A DNA stretch of 64,000 nt from Flavobacteriales bacterium (GTDB lineage: Bacteria > Bacteroidota > Bacteroidia > Flavobacteriales_D > JAUILH01), in assembly GCA_964230215.1 (NCBI GenBank), contig CAXRGQ010000014.1:222669-286668 (forward strand), given 5' to 3'. Numbering within the stretch: the stretch's first letter is position 1; each line of letters begins with the position of its first letter. The notes under the pieces are model-generated. The model was not told the origin of the DNA. It made no database searches and saw nothing but the letters and a program-made list of their open reading frames with translations. Of the stretch, positions 26,200 to 36,342 are shown in pieces. Position numbers and translations under genes: made by a program.

Positions 26200-27039
26200 A
26201 TGAAGAGGCTCTTATTTGTCATATTGCTACTACCTTTTAGCTCACTAGCTCAGCTAGAAAACTGGGAGTTTGGAGTGAACCTTGGGACTTATAAGGCAAA
26301 TAGCTACACTTCAATTAGATATGACGGGGCGGATGTTGAGTACAACTATAACCTGGATGTTGAGTATTATATCAACTTAAACTCATCCAATCCAAATTCG
26401 GTATACAACCGCATTAGACAGTCCTATGGAGACTATGATTTTGATGTTCTGGAGTACCCAACCAACATGAGATACAATTTTGGCTTAATGTTAGGAGGAC
26501 ATATTGCCTATAAAACAGATGAACTCAATAGCTTTTTTGTGGACGCGAATTTTGCTCAACTCACGCTAAATGATGCATTGACTTTTGAGGTGTATGATCC
26601 AAGTAATCAAACCTCTCAACAAATTATCAAGGTAGAAGGATTGTTAGGAGAGGAAGACCGTATGGTGCTGGATGTTGGAGGTAAGTTTGGCTTTGGAGAA
26701 GAAGCACAGCATGGCTACTTTACTATTGGCGCGAATGTGACTGCAACCAGAGTAAAGAAAAACAGTATGGTTGTGCAGGATAGAGAGTATATTTTGACGC
26801 AATGGACAAGAAATGCTACCAACCAAAACACCATATATAAGAATGTAGATTGGGGAGGCGTTGGCTATGGTGGTTTTGCGGGCTTGGGCTACCGCTTTAG
26901 ATTGCTTGATCAACTTGTTTTAGACGCCGGAGCCAATGCGTATTTCGTAAAAATCAATCTTGGACCGGACAATATAGTGTCACATCCAAAAGCATTTAAA
27001 TTTCAATCGTCTGCTTACCTGCGGATAATATGGGGCTAA
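26200..27039 (+). CDS. Putative outer-membrane beta-barrel protein of unknown function
   Basis: ATG 26200 gives the signal peptide MKRLLFVILLLPFSSLAQ. The body has alternating-hydrophobic strands rich in G/Y/N and ends YLRIIWG. Confidence 0.55.
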   Translation: MKRLLFVILLLPFSSLAQLENWEFGVNLGTYKANSYTSIRYDGADVEYNYNLDVEYYINLNSSNPNSVYNRIRQSYGDYDFDVLEYPTNMRYNFGLMLGGHIAYKTDELNSFFVDANFAQLTLNDALTFEVYDPSNQTSQQIIKVEGLLGEEDRMVLDVGGKFGFGEEAQHGYFTIGANVTATRVKKNSMVVQDREYILTQWTRNATNQNTIYKNVDWGGVGYGGFAGLGYRFRLLDQLVLDAGANAYFVKINLGPDNIVSHPKAFKFQSSAYLRIIWG

Positions 27040-27608
27040 TGCGTATCCTCATCTTAGATAACGAAGATAGTTTTACCTATAACCTGCATCATTATCTTGC
27101 CGATACATGTGAGGTGGATGTATGCAGAGAGCATGAGCTATCTATCGATGATGTAGCTAATTACGACGGTATAATTCTCTCACCCGGTCCAGGATTACCC
27201 TCCGCACGGCCTCTAATGATAGAGATTATTAAACGCTACCATTCAAACATTCCCATTCTTGGCGTGTGTCTCGGTATGCAAGCCATCGCCGAGTGCTTTG
27301 GTGGTAAACTATATAATTTGGACGCGATTATTCATGGCAAATCTAGCCCGTGTAAAATACAAAGTTCAGATGCACTTTTTAAAGACCTTCCAGAGGTGTT
27401 TCAAGTGGGTAGATACCATAGCTGGGCCGTGGATGCAACAACTATTCCCCAATTTACGCAACTGGCCTCAACAGATGAAGGGGTGTTAATGGCTATGAAA
27501 CATCCAGATTTTCCTATGTATGCTGTGCAATTTCATCCCGAATCGGTTTTGACGCCGCACGGTAAAAAGATGATGTTGAATTGGTTGGAGACAATCAAAT
27601 CTAAATAG
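27039..27608 (+). CDS. Glutamine amidotransferase, aminodeoxychorismate/anthranilate synthase component II (PabA/TrpG type)
   Basis: MRILILDNEDSFTYNL is present, with the catalytic Cys in GVCLGMQAI and His in QFHPES. The start could also be ATG 27030. Confidence 0.88.
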   Translation: MRILILDNEDSFTYNLHHYLADTCEVDVCREHELSIDDVANYDGIILSPGPGLPSARPLMIEIIKRYHSNIPILGVCLGMQAIAECFGGKLYNLDAIIHGKSSPCKIQSSDALFKDLPEVFQVGRYHSWAVDATTIPQFTQLASTDEGVLMAMKHPDFPMYAVQFHPESVLTPHGKKMMLNWLETIKSK

Positions 27609-27631
27609 TTTAAATAGCTACATTTGTGGAC

Positions 27632-30583
27632 ATGTTAAGCAGGGTATTTCTGGCATTTGTCGTTTGTCTATTTGTCGTTTCATGTGCGGAAGAAGCAGAC
27701 AACAAAAGCAATGAGCCATTGTATACATGTGAGTTTACCATCGATTTTGAGAGCGTTGAAGGCAATCATTATCTAGCGGGTGACGAAAAAATTGTAGGTG
27801 CTGGTTCGCAAAGCAATCATCAATCAAAAAGTGGCGAGTATTCTGCTATTGCTACAGAGGAGAACAAATATGCATTCGAGTATAAAGCGTATAAACTTAA
27901 AAAAGGACAGCATATCATTTTCTCCGCCTATCAAAAAGCAGATTCATCCAGGGGAACAATAGTGCTTCAAGGAGACAATGGTTTGTACGAGTTTGCCCAT
28001 ACCACTGTTGTTTCGGAGGATGGTTGGAATTCAGTCTACATTGATTATGAGTTGACAAAGGATGTAAATGAGCTAAAATTCTATGGCTACAACCCTTATG
28101 AAAATGAGGTCTATTTTGATGATGTTTACATTAAGATTTCGGAAGAAAAAGAAATTCCTGATTATGAGAATGTCTTGAGCATCCATTTGGATGATGAAGC
28201 TTACAAAACCTTAAAGAAGTTCCGGAAAAAGTCTTTAAGCGCCGGCTTGATCAAAAAGAAATATAAGAAGTATGTGGATGGTGAAATTACATACTTAGGC
28301 AAAACGTATCCGGCAGAATTCAGATTAAAGGGCGATTGGACAGATCATCTAGAAACAGCTAAATGGTCCTTACGTGTTAAGATTAAAGATGGCGGTTCAG
28401 TTATGGGAATGAAAAACTTCTCGATTCAGTCGCCTCACACCAGATCGTTTCTCGATGAGTGGTTTTTACATCAGCTTTTTATGCATGAGGATATATTAAC
28501 TACGCGATATCATTTCATTCCCGTTAAAATAAACGGCAAAAACAAAGGACTTTACGCGATTGAGGAACACTTTACCAAACAGTTAGTAGAAAGCCAGAAT
28601 AGGCGAGAAGGGCCTATTATAAAAATAAATGAAGAAGGACTTTGGCAGGCAAGGGGGTTGGACGCAGAAGGCTTGAGAGTGCCTTATTACGAATCGGCTG
28701 AAATATTGCCTTTTAAGGAAGGGCATACTATGGAGACCCCTCAATTATTTGCTCAGTTTTTAGATGCACAGAATCTTCTATATAGCATGAAAACTCATCA
28801 ATTAAAGATTGATGATGTGCTTAATGTGAATTATACGGCTCGTTTTTATGCACTAAACGATTTAGTGAACGCTATGCACGGACTAGCCTGGCATAATCAA
28901 CGCTTCTATTACAATCCAGTAACGGCAAAAATAGAACAGATTGGGTTTGATGGTTTCGAAGAGTTTGGTAAGCGTGATCAAAGGCGTGCTATATATGGAA
29001 ATCCAGATTCCACGAGAACCCCTAGTCCAGATGCTTATTTTAACCTTCAGCTCTTTAATGACCCTAGTTTTAAACGTGAGTATGTCAAGGAACTTAAGCG
29101 CATCAGCAGTGAGGATTACCTGCAAGAGGTCTTCAAGAAGTACAACAATGCTATCGATAGTCTGGAGCAATTAATTTCACGAGAAGAACGTCTATATAGG
29201 TTTGACCGAGACTTTTATAAAAAAACTGCCGAGAAGATTCGTGGTGAATTGCCAGCATACGAGCAAAGAGACTTCACAAATGATCCTATTAAAATGGAAT
29301 TTACACCTTATTCGCCCAACAATGTGAAGGATATTATTGTAGATGAAATCAGTGTTAAGGCCTACATTCAAGACACCATAGACGGCCAACTTAAATTGCG
29401 CTTACTCAACTTTCATCCTGCGGCGACAAGCATTGCGGGTTACTCTTTTAAAGATGCGGAAGAATTAATCATTCCTATACCCAACACGGGTTTAAAAGCA
29501 TTTGAAACTCAAGCGGATTTTGTTGAGGTAATGGTGCCCTTGGAGACTTACCGAATTCACTATCATGATAAAGCGAATCCTGAGCTAACCGAGCAAGTTA
29601 AGCTGGTCGAATGGCCTTATCCAAGTACTGAAAATCTTAGAGAGGAGTTCTGGAAGTATTCAGCCATGATTAATAAAATTGGTGCTAAGGTAGATGTGGA
29701 TAATAAGCTCTTTATTATTTCACGATCATGTGTTATGCACCGCCCTATCGTCGTGCCTAGAGGCTTTAAAATGATTATTGATGCTGGTGTTGAAATTGAT
29801 ATGTCAAACGCAAGCTTCATTTTATCTTATGGAACGGTGGAAATTAATGGTACAGAGGCTAATCCAGTGAAGATTTATAGTTCCAATCAATCAGGTATGG
29901 GACTGCTAGTATTGGGCGCTGGTGAGGAATCAATTATTCGTCATTGTCATTTTGATAATTTGCGAAACTTCAAGCTTAAGCATTGGCAACAAACGGGGGC
30001 GGTTGTTTTTTATGAATCGGATGTAGAAATTGACCACTGTTCATTCACCAATAATCATTGTGAGGATGCATTGAATATTTTCAGATCTAAGTTCAAGCTA
30101 AGCAATTCATCGTTTGAAAATACCTATGCAGATGCGTTTGATGCGGACTTTTGCACGGGTAGCATTGAGAACGTGCATTTTAATGTTATAGGGAATGATG
30201 GTGTGGACGTTTCAGGTTCTAAGATTACCCTTGACGGCGTGCACGTCTCGAATGCTCGAGATAAAGGGATTTCTGGCGGTGAAGGCTCAACTGTTGTAGG
30301 GACAAAAGTTTACGTAAGCAAATCGAATATTGGAATAGCCGCCAAAGATGGTAGTTATGTCAAATTGACTGGGGTGCAAATTGATTCGACCACGGCAGCA
30401 TTAGCAGCTTATCAAAAAAAGGATGAATACGAAGGAGCTGTCTTGGAGATTTCTGATTATTCCTCAAGTTATATCAAACAAAGAGATTTCATTGAAATTG
30501 GATCTCAGCTGTTGTTGGATAATGAGAAGATAATCGGTAAACAAAAAGTCGATATCGACTCACTCTACGCACCGTATAAATAA
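27632..30583 (+). CDS. CotH-family (atypical kinase fold) lipoprotein with C-terminal parallel beta-helix domain
   Basis: ATG 27632 gives MLSRVFLAFVVCLFVVSCAEE, a lipobox. The CotH-like core reads FRLKGDWTDHLETAKWSLRVKIK...FIPVKINGKNKGLYAIEEHF. The C-terminal ~280 aa carry beta-helix-like repeats (CHFDNL, CSFTNNHCEDALNIF, GNDGVDVSGS, ARDKGISGGEGS). Confidence 0.75.
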   Translation: MLSRVFLAFVVCLFVVSCAEEADNKSNEPLYTCEFTIDFESVEGNHYLAGDEKIVGAGSQSNHQSKSGEYSAIATEENKYAFEYKAYKLKKGQHIIFSAYQKADSSRGTIVLQGDNGLYEFAHTTVVSEDGWNSVYIDYELTKDVNELKFYGYNPYENEVYFDDVYIKISEEKEIPDYENVLSIHLDDEAYKTLKKFRKKSLSAGLIKKKYKKYVDGEITYLGKTYPAEFRLKGDWTDHLETAKWSLRVKIKDGGSVMGMKNFSIQSPHTRSFLDEWFLHQLFMHEDILTTRYHFIPVKINGKNKGLYAIEEHFTKQLVESQNRREGPIIKINEEGLWQARGLDAEGLRVPYYESAEILPFKEGHTMETPQLFAQFLDAQNLLYSMKTHQLKIDDVLNVNYTARFYALNDLVNAMHGLAWHNQRFYYNPVTAKIEQIGFDGFEEFGKRDQRRAIYGNPDSTRTPSPDAYFNLQLFNDPSFKREYVKELKRISSEDYLQEVFKKYNNAIDSLEQLISREERLYRFDRDFYKKTAEKIRGELPAYEQRDFTNDPIKMEFTPYSPNNVKDIIVDEISVKAYIQDTIDGQLKLRLLNFHPAATSIAGYSFKDAEELIIPIPNTGLKAFETQADFVEVMVPLETYRIHYHDKANPELTEQVKLVEWPYPSTENLREEFWKYSAMINKIGAKVDVDNKLFIISRSCVMHRPIVVPRGFKMIIDAGVEIDMSNASFILSYGTVEINGTEANPVKIYSSNQSGMGLLVLGAGEESIIRHCHFDNLRNFKLKHWQQTGAVVFYESDVEIDHCSFTNNHCEDALNIFRSKFKLSNSSFENTYADAFDADFCTGSIENVHFNVIGNDGVDVSGSKITLDGVHVSNARDKGISGGEGSTVVGTKVYVSKSNIGIAAKDGSYVKLTGVQIDSTTAALAAYQKKDEYEGAVLEISDYSSSYIKQRDFIEIGSQLLLDNEKIIGKQKVDIDSLYAPYK

Positions 30584-32974
30584 TTACCAGCTATCGACAA
30601 AAATCTTATACGCCAGGTCTGGGTGTTCTCCTGGCTTCATGTCTGGCACCCATATTTTTAGCTTGCCAAACATTGAAGATTTCTCCTCCATTTGATGTAT
30701 TAGCTCACCTGAACGCGTATTGAAGAATTGCACAGTATATTGAGTGCTTTTCTGCATGTTTTCTATTTTGAAATAAGCACGATCTTTTCGTTTGGATGTA
30801 TCATTGTCTTTCCCAAGGATTGTAATCGGAGTGTCTACTACATCATCATCCTCAGGACGCTCTGTATAACCATCTCTAATTAGCGGATAAAGGCATGATG
30901 TGGTGTCACTTGCATAAATATTCCAATAGTAATAGGATCTGTTGTGCACCCATCCAAATGCGCGTTCTGCATTGTCCTCAATCATCGTAAAGGCTTCAAC
31001 TTTATCGTTTACACGATAGTCTTTGCCTTTGTCGTAAATACAAGTTCTATTTATGATTTTCCTTGATGGATAGGTTTGAGCAATGCGTTTAAAATCATAA
31101 GCATCTTCAACTGAATAAAAATTATGATTCTCAAAATCAATATCCTCAAAGAAAGAGGTTATTCCTTTGAAGCTTGGTGTTAACGCTTCTTGATTTCTCG
31201 CGAAAAGCCATTCCATGCCCGTGGTGAATCCTCCCATACAAGAAGAGGCCCACATATCGTTATGAAATACAATGGGTGCACACTCAATAAAATCTTGAAT
31301 GGGGTCATCTGTAGGTCTTACCAATCCTGTTATGAGTGGACCAGACCCAAATTCGTCAAAATGGAACGGTTTATCTAAAAACTGCGGATGGTAGTTGTTG
31401 GTTTTCTCGTCGACATCTGTACCGCCAGTCATGAATTCTTTTGTCGTTTTAGCACGTGCCCAAACATTTCTTGTTCTTAGTCTATCTGGGTATTTCATTT
31501 CAGAATTGGGATAATCAAAGTTGTACAAGTGAACGCCCGTAAAGTCATGTTTCGGTATTTCATAGACGCCAGCATCCTCTATTCTGTGATTTCCACTTGC
31601 TGCGCCACCCATAGCAACACTGTAGAGTTGAGGTGCTTTAAGTGTGTCCTTTACATAAATAGATACCTTTCTCAGGAACTCATGAATAATGTCTCTATGT
31701 TCTTGATTTTGATGATACTCGGCAATTAAATCTACTTCACTAAATACTTGCCACGCGCCAACAGAGGTGCTATAACCCCATCTTGATTGCACATAACGCA
31801 TGTAGTTTTTAAAATGATCAAGTGCTTCAGGGGATTTAAAGTAGTCAATAGGTTCAATCACGCCCTTAATCGTTTCTTCTGGGAATTTACCATTCATAAA
31901 CTCGTCATTCGAGTTGTATGGATTTTCATTCCATCTTTCACCAAGCCATCCATCCCAGCCAGGTTTGCGCGGATACCAATGCTCGTGATGTTTAATAACG
32001 TACATCATGAATACATCATGCTCTTCTAAATAATCCACAACACGATCAAAGTCCCAGGCAGCATGTTGCCTTGTATCGTAGTTTCCAAGAGCCTCAAGTT
32101 CAAAATCGTGCCCAATGCTAATGGAATTAATTCGACAGAAATTACCGCCATTTTCAACAAACTGTCTCACATAATCATGAAAAACAAAGAACTCAGACAG
32201 GTTTGCCGTGCTGTATGAATAATTCCCATTTTTCTTCGCTGGCCATGTCAGTGACTGACCAATACCAAAGAGACTTTTCTTATCGTAACTGGTGCGCAAA
32301 AACTTTTTGTGTTTCCCTATTTCCAAATAGCCTGGGTTATCTGAATCACTGACATTAAAAGGAATCAAGGCTTGATACACTGGGTGATTTTTTGCTTGAA
32401 TATTTACCACAGCTAACCATGAACCACCAAACGAGCGTGGCGCAAAACGAACACGCCAGTTGCAATCATTCGGCACAAGTCGCCAGTATTTGTTTTGTCT
32501 ATTTGGTGTGTATTCTCTGTAATAGAACGCATCTACATCTTGTTCGTGCACACCGTCTTTAAAGATACTTACGGTAATATCAATGTCATGACGATTATAT
32601 GGGTTGAGCTCGTTTTCTTTATCCAGTTGCATGTCAAAGAAAGCGTCAATATCACTTTGGATTTTTTTCGGGATGTACAAACCAAGTTCTACCTTTTCAT
32701 GTCTCAAAGCTTGTCCGACTTCTGTGCTGGGGTAGATCCAAACGGTTCGTAAAGTTGTATCACTATTCGTAATCTTGTAGGTGCCCTCTATTTCATCAAG
32801 CTTCCCTTTTACGGCCGTGATTTTTTCATGCACTGATATTGCCTTCTTTAAACCAACCGCATCAATGGGATGCATAGCGGGTGTGCGATAAGATTGCACA
32901 ATTTGTGAATGACTTGTTTGTACAAACACAAGAGCACACACTACAAACGAAAAATAGAATCTACTAAAAATCAT
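30584..32974 (-). CDS. Secreted protein, putative TIM-barrel glycoside hydrolase (GH5-like) with N-terminal Ig-like domain
   Basis: 796 aa with signal peptide MIFSRFYFSFVVCALVFVQTSHSQ. It has candidate acid/base and nucleophile contexts (WNENPYN, HFDEFGSGP). The family assignment is by eye only. Confidence 0.45.
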   Translation of the reverse strand: MIFSRFYFSFVVCALVFVQTSHSQIVQSYRTPAMHPIDAVGLKKAISVHEKITAVKGKLDEIEGTYKITNSDTTLRTVWIYPSTEVGQALRHEKVELGLYIPKKIQSDIDAFFDMQLDKENELNPYNRHDIDITVSIFKDGVHEQDVDAFYYREYTPNRQNKYWRLVPNDCNWRVRFAPRSFGGSWLAVVNIQAKNHPVYQALIPFNVSDSDNPGYLEIGKHKKFLRTSYDKKSLFGIGQSLTWPAKKNGNYSYSTANLSEFFVFHDYVRQFVENGGNFCRINSISIGHDFELEALGNYDTRQHAAWDFDRVVDYLEEHDVFMMYVIKHHEHWYPRKPGWDGWLGERWNENPYNSNDEFMNGKFPEETIKGVIEPIDYFKSPEALDHFKNYMRYVQSRWGYSTSVGAWQVFSEVDLIAEYHQNQEHRDIIHEFLRKVSIYVKDTLKAPQLYSVAMGGAASGNHRIEDAGVYEIPKHDFTGVHLYNFDYPNSEMKYPDRLRTRNVWARAKTTKEFMTGGTDVDEKTNNYHPQFLDKPFHFDEFGSGPLITGLVRPTDDPIQDFIECAPIVFHNDMWASSCMGGFTTGMEWLFARNQEALTPSFKGITSFFEDIDFENHNFYSVEDAYDFKRIAQTYPSRKIINRTCIYDKGKDYRVNDKVEAFTMIEDNAERAFGWVHNRSYYYWNIYASDTTSCLYPLIRDGYTERPEDDDVVDTPITILGKDNDTSKRKDRAYFKIENMQKSTQYTVQFFNTRSGELIHQMEEKSSMFGKLKIWVPDMKPGEHPDLAYKIFVDSW

Positions 32975-32995
32975 ACTTGTAAAATAAGAAAAGTT

Positions 32996-34009
32996 CTACA
33001 GAATATTCACTTCTCTTTCTAATTGTACCCCGAATTTTTCGTGTACAGAAGCTAATATCTCGGAAGATAGATTGTAGATATCACTGCCTTTCGCTTTGCC
33101 ATAGTTTACTAATACCAAAGCCTGCTTGGCATGCACACCATAATCGTCTTTACGATATCCTTTCCAGCCACACTTTTCAATTAACCAACCAGCCGCAAGT
33201 TTTACATGGTCGTCATCAATCGGGTAGCTTGGCATTTCTGGGTAATCTTCTTTTATCTTATTCGCAAGAGTGATAGGGACTACAGGGTTTTTAAAGAAAC
33301 TACCTGAGTTACCAATTTCTTTTGGATCAGGTAATTTGGATTGTCTTATCGCAATAACCGCATCACTAATGGCTTTAAGACTTAAAGTATCCACTCCCAT
33401 TCTTTCAAGCTCCTGTTGAATTGCGCCGTAACTTGTATTGAATTTTGGTGTCTTACTCAGTTTGTAACGCACCTTACAAATCACATATTGACCTTTTAGA
33501 GCACGCTTAAACACACTCTCGCGGTAGCCAAATTCACAGGTAGACTTATCAAATGTGTGAATCACATTATCCTCGATATGAAGTGCATCCAAACTCTCAA
33601 AACAATCTTTAATCTCCACTCCGTATGCTCCGATATTCTGCATTGGGCTTGCGCCTACATTCCCAGGAATAAGTGAGAGGTTTTCCAGCCCACCATACCC
33701 TTTGTTAATACACCACAATACAAACGAGTGCCATACAACACCAGCGCCTACTTCAAGAACCACACTTGTGCTATCTTCCTCAATGATATCAATGCCGTCA
33801 ATGTCATTTTTAAGTACCAAGCCCTGTACGTCTTTGGTTAAAAGAATATTGCTTCCACCTCCCAAAATGAGTGAGAGATTTTGCTTGATTTTTGTATCAC
33901 TAAGGATGTTTTGCAGCTTGTCAATCGAATCAATTTTTGCGAACGATTCTGCCTGCACATCTATGCCAAATGTGTTGTAAGGTCTAAGGGATATGTTGTG
34001 TTCTAACAT
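32996..34009 (-). CDS. murB: UDP-N-acetylenolpyruvoylglucosamine reductase
   Basis: MLEHNISLRPYNTFGI is present, along with the FAD-binding GGGSNIL and the C-terminal SGSFFKNP and AGWLIE motifs. ATG 34009 is preferred over TTG 34027. Confidence 0.92.
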   Translation of the reverse strand: MLEHNISLRPYNTFGIDVQAESFAKIDSIDKLQNILSDTKIKQNLSLILGGGSNILLTKDVQGLVLKNDIDGIDIIEEDSTSVVLEVGAGVVWHSFVLWCINKGYGGLENLSLIPGNVGASPMQNIGAYGVEIKDCFESLDALHIEDNVIHTFDKSTCEFGYRESVFKRALKGQYVICKVRYKLSKTPKFNTSYGAIQQELERMGVDTLSLKAISDAVIAIRQSKLPDPKEIGNSGSFFKNPVVPITLANKIKEDYPEMPSYPIDDDHVKLAAGWLIEKCGWKGYRKDDYGVHAKQALVLVNYGKAKGSDIYNLSSEILASVHEKFGVQLEREVNIL

Positions 34010-34115
34010 TGCTTCAAATCTACGCAAGCAAGTAATAGGATATTCGGTTTTTACAATACATTACTAACATGATGCGTTTAAATACCGATTCATATAGATA
34101 TATTCGTGCTTTAGA

Positions 34116-35237
34116 ATGGGGAAGAAAATCTATGTATCGGTTATCAATGATTTAAGTACAGATCAGCGTGTGCACAAGATTTGTTCTAGTCTTCATGAAG
34201 ATGGTCACGAGATAGTTTTGGTGGGAAGAAGACTGAGCAACAGCGCGCCCATTGATAGAGATTATCACACTAAGCGCATGCGCCTACTATTTACTAAAGG
34301 AGCTTTGTTTTACGCTTCATTTAATTTTAGACTTTTCTTCTTTCTGCTTTTTAGACGGATGGACGTGTTATATGCCAATGACTTAGACACCTTGTTGGCA
34401 AACTATTTAGTGTCTAGAATAAAAAGGAAACCCTTGATTTATGATTCGCACGAGTGCTTTACAGAGGTGCCTGAATTAGAAGGAAGAAAGTTTGCTAAAG
34501 GTATGTGGTTGAAGATTGAACGATGGATTTTCCCTAAGTTAAAGCATGTATACACAGTGAATGATTCCATTGCCAGTTTTTATCAGGATAGATACAATAT
34601 GCGTCCTAAGGTAATGAGGAATATTCCCCACATGTTAAAGGAGCTTCCAAATGTCTCACATGAGCAACTTGGCCTACCAACAGATAAACACATTCTGATT
34701 CTTCAAGGGTCTGGAATTAATGTAGATAGAGGAGGAGAGGAATTACTAGAAGCTCTAGCCTTGCTGGATAATTGTGTGTTATTAATTGTGGGAAGTGGAG
34801 ATGTAATTGATAGTCTGAAAACACGCGCTCAGGAGGATGATTTGCAGGGGAAAGTGATTTTTAAGGATAGAATGCCATATACTGAAATGATGAAGTATAC
34901 GGTGTGTGCAGATCTTGGAGTCACACTGGACAAGCCGAGTAATTTGAACTACAAGTTCAGCTTGCCCAACAAAATATTTGATTACATATCCGCTGGGATT
35001 CCCATTTTATCTTCAGATTTGCCCGAGTTAAGGAAAGTTATTGAAAACTATGAAGTTGGAGTAATTTGCCCATCACATGACATACAAGATATTGCATCCT
35101 GCATACAAAATTTCCTAAAAGACAAAGAAAAATTGGATATTTGCCGCTCTAATACAGCAAACGCACGTGCCGAATTATCATGGAATAATGAGGTGAGTGA
35201 TTTAAAAGCTGTAATGAAAGATATTGGCAAAAATTGA
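34116..35237 (+). CDS. Glycosyltransferase, GT-B fold (family 4-like)
   Basis: 373 aa. The C-terminal half has ILQGSGINVDRGGEELLEA and FSLPNKIFDYISAGIPILSSDLPELRKVI, typical of GT4/GT1 enzymes. Confidence 0.75.
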   Translation: MGKKIYVSVINDLSTDQRVHKICSSLHEDGHEIVLVGRRLSNSAPIDRDYHTKRMRLLFTKGALFYASFNFRLFFFLLFRRMDVLYANDLDTLLANYLVSRIKRKPLIYDSHECFTEVPELEGRKFAKGMWLKIERWIFPKLKHVYTVNDSIASFYQDRYNMRPKVMRNIPHMLKELPNVSHEQLGLPTDKHILILQGSGINVDRGGEELLEALALLDNCVLLIVGSGDVIDSLKTRAQEDDLQGKVIFKDRMPYTEMMKYTVCADLGVTLDKPSNLNYKFSLPNKIFDYISAGIPILSSDLPELRKVIENYEVGVICPSHDIQDIASCIQNFLKDKEKLDICRSNTANARAELSWNNEVSDLKAVMKDIGKN

Positions 35238-36342
35238 TTTAAATATAGTTTCCTTTGATGTTCCCTATCCAGCCAACTATGGCGGTGTAATTGATGTCTA
35301 CTATAAATTGAAGGCCTTGCATAGAGCAGGTGTTAAAGTAGCTCTTCATGTTTACAAATATGGGCGCAAAGAGCAGTCTTTATTGGAGGAGTTTTGTGAG
35401 GAGGTGAGGTATTATCCACGCGCTAAATCAATGAGTCTATTATTTTCAAAGTACCCCTATGTGGTAGCTAGCAGAAGTAGTAGAAAGCTTTCTGAAAATC
35501 TCAGAACGAATGATGCACCTATATTGTTTGAGGGTCTACACACTTGTTTCCCAATGATCCAGGGATTTGAAAATAGGCAATGTATAATTCGCATGCACAA
35601 TATCGAGAGCGATTACTATGCTGGATTGGCTAAAGTGGAGTCAAATCCATTTAAGCGTTTTTACTTTAAACAAGAAGCTAAAAAGTTAGCCAAGTTTGAA
35701 GAAATAGTGAAGAAAGCGAGTGACATTCTGGCTATTTCTAAAGCTGATTTCAACTATTTACAGACCAGCTATTCAGGTGTGAATTGCCATTATGTTCCTG
35801 CATTTCATTCATCCGAATATGTCGATATAAATGAGGGGACAGGTGATTATGCTTTCTATCATGGCAACTTGGCTGTTGGAGAAAACAATGAAGCTGCTTT
35901 ATACTTGGTAAATCAGGTGTTTTCCAAATCTAAGCACCGTCTCGTAATTGCCGGAAACAAACCGTCCAAAGAGTTAAAAGCGACTTGTGAGAAGCTGTCA
36001 AATGTCGAATTACTTGATAATTTATCATCTGATGAGATTACCCAGTATTTATGCAATGCTCAATGTAATGTGCTACCGACCTTTCAGGCAACAGGGATTA
36101 AACTAAAGCTGATCTTAAGTTTGTATAGAGGGCGTTTCTGCATTGCAAATGACGAAATGGCAAAGGAAACTGGCTTGGAAGAAATGTGTATAATCGCAAA
36201 TTCGCCTAAAGAATGGATAGGTGCTATAGACGCGTGTTTTAAGCAGCCATTTGATGCAGCGCAGATTGAAAAAAGAAAAGAATTTCTAGCAGATAAGTTA
36301 AGCAATGATGCAGGAGCGCAGAAGATTCTTGGTCTTTTTTAA
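35224..36342 (+). CDS. Glycosyltransferase-like protein (GT-B fold, divergent)
   Basis: 372 aa with a TTG start that overlaps the upstream GT by 14 nt. It contains YHGNLAVGENNEAALYL and LPTFQATGIKLKLI. The family assignment is weak. Confidence 0.55.
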   Translation: MAKIDLNIVSFDVPYPANYGGVIDVYYKLKALHRAGVKVALHVYKYGRKEQSLLEEFCEEVRYYPRAKSMSLLFSKYPYVVASRSSRKLSENLRTNDAPILFEGLHTCFPMIQGFENRQCIIRMHNIESDYYAGLAKVESNPFKRFYFKQEAKKLAKFEEIVKKASDILAISKADFNYLQTSYSGVNCHYVPAFHSSEYVDINEGTGDYAFYHGNLAVGENNEAALYLVNQVFSKSKHRLVIAGNKPSKELKATCEKLSNVELLDNLSSDEITQYLCNAQCNVLPTFQATGIKLKLILSLYRGRFCIANDEMAKETGLEEMCIIANSPKEWIGAIDACFKQPFDAAQIEKRKEFLADKLSNDAGAQKILGLF

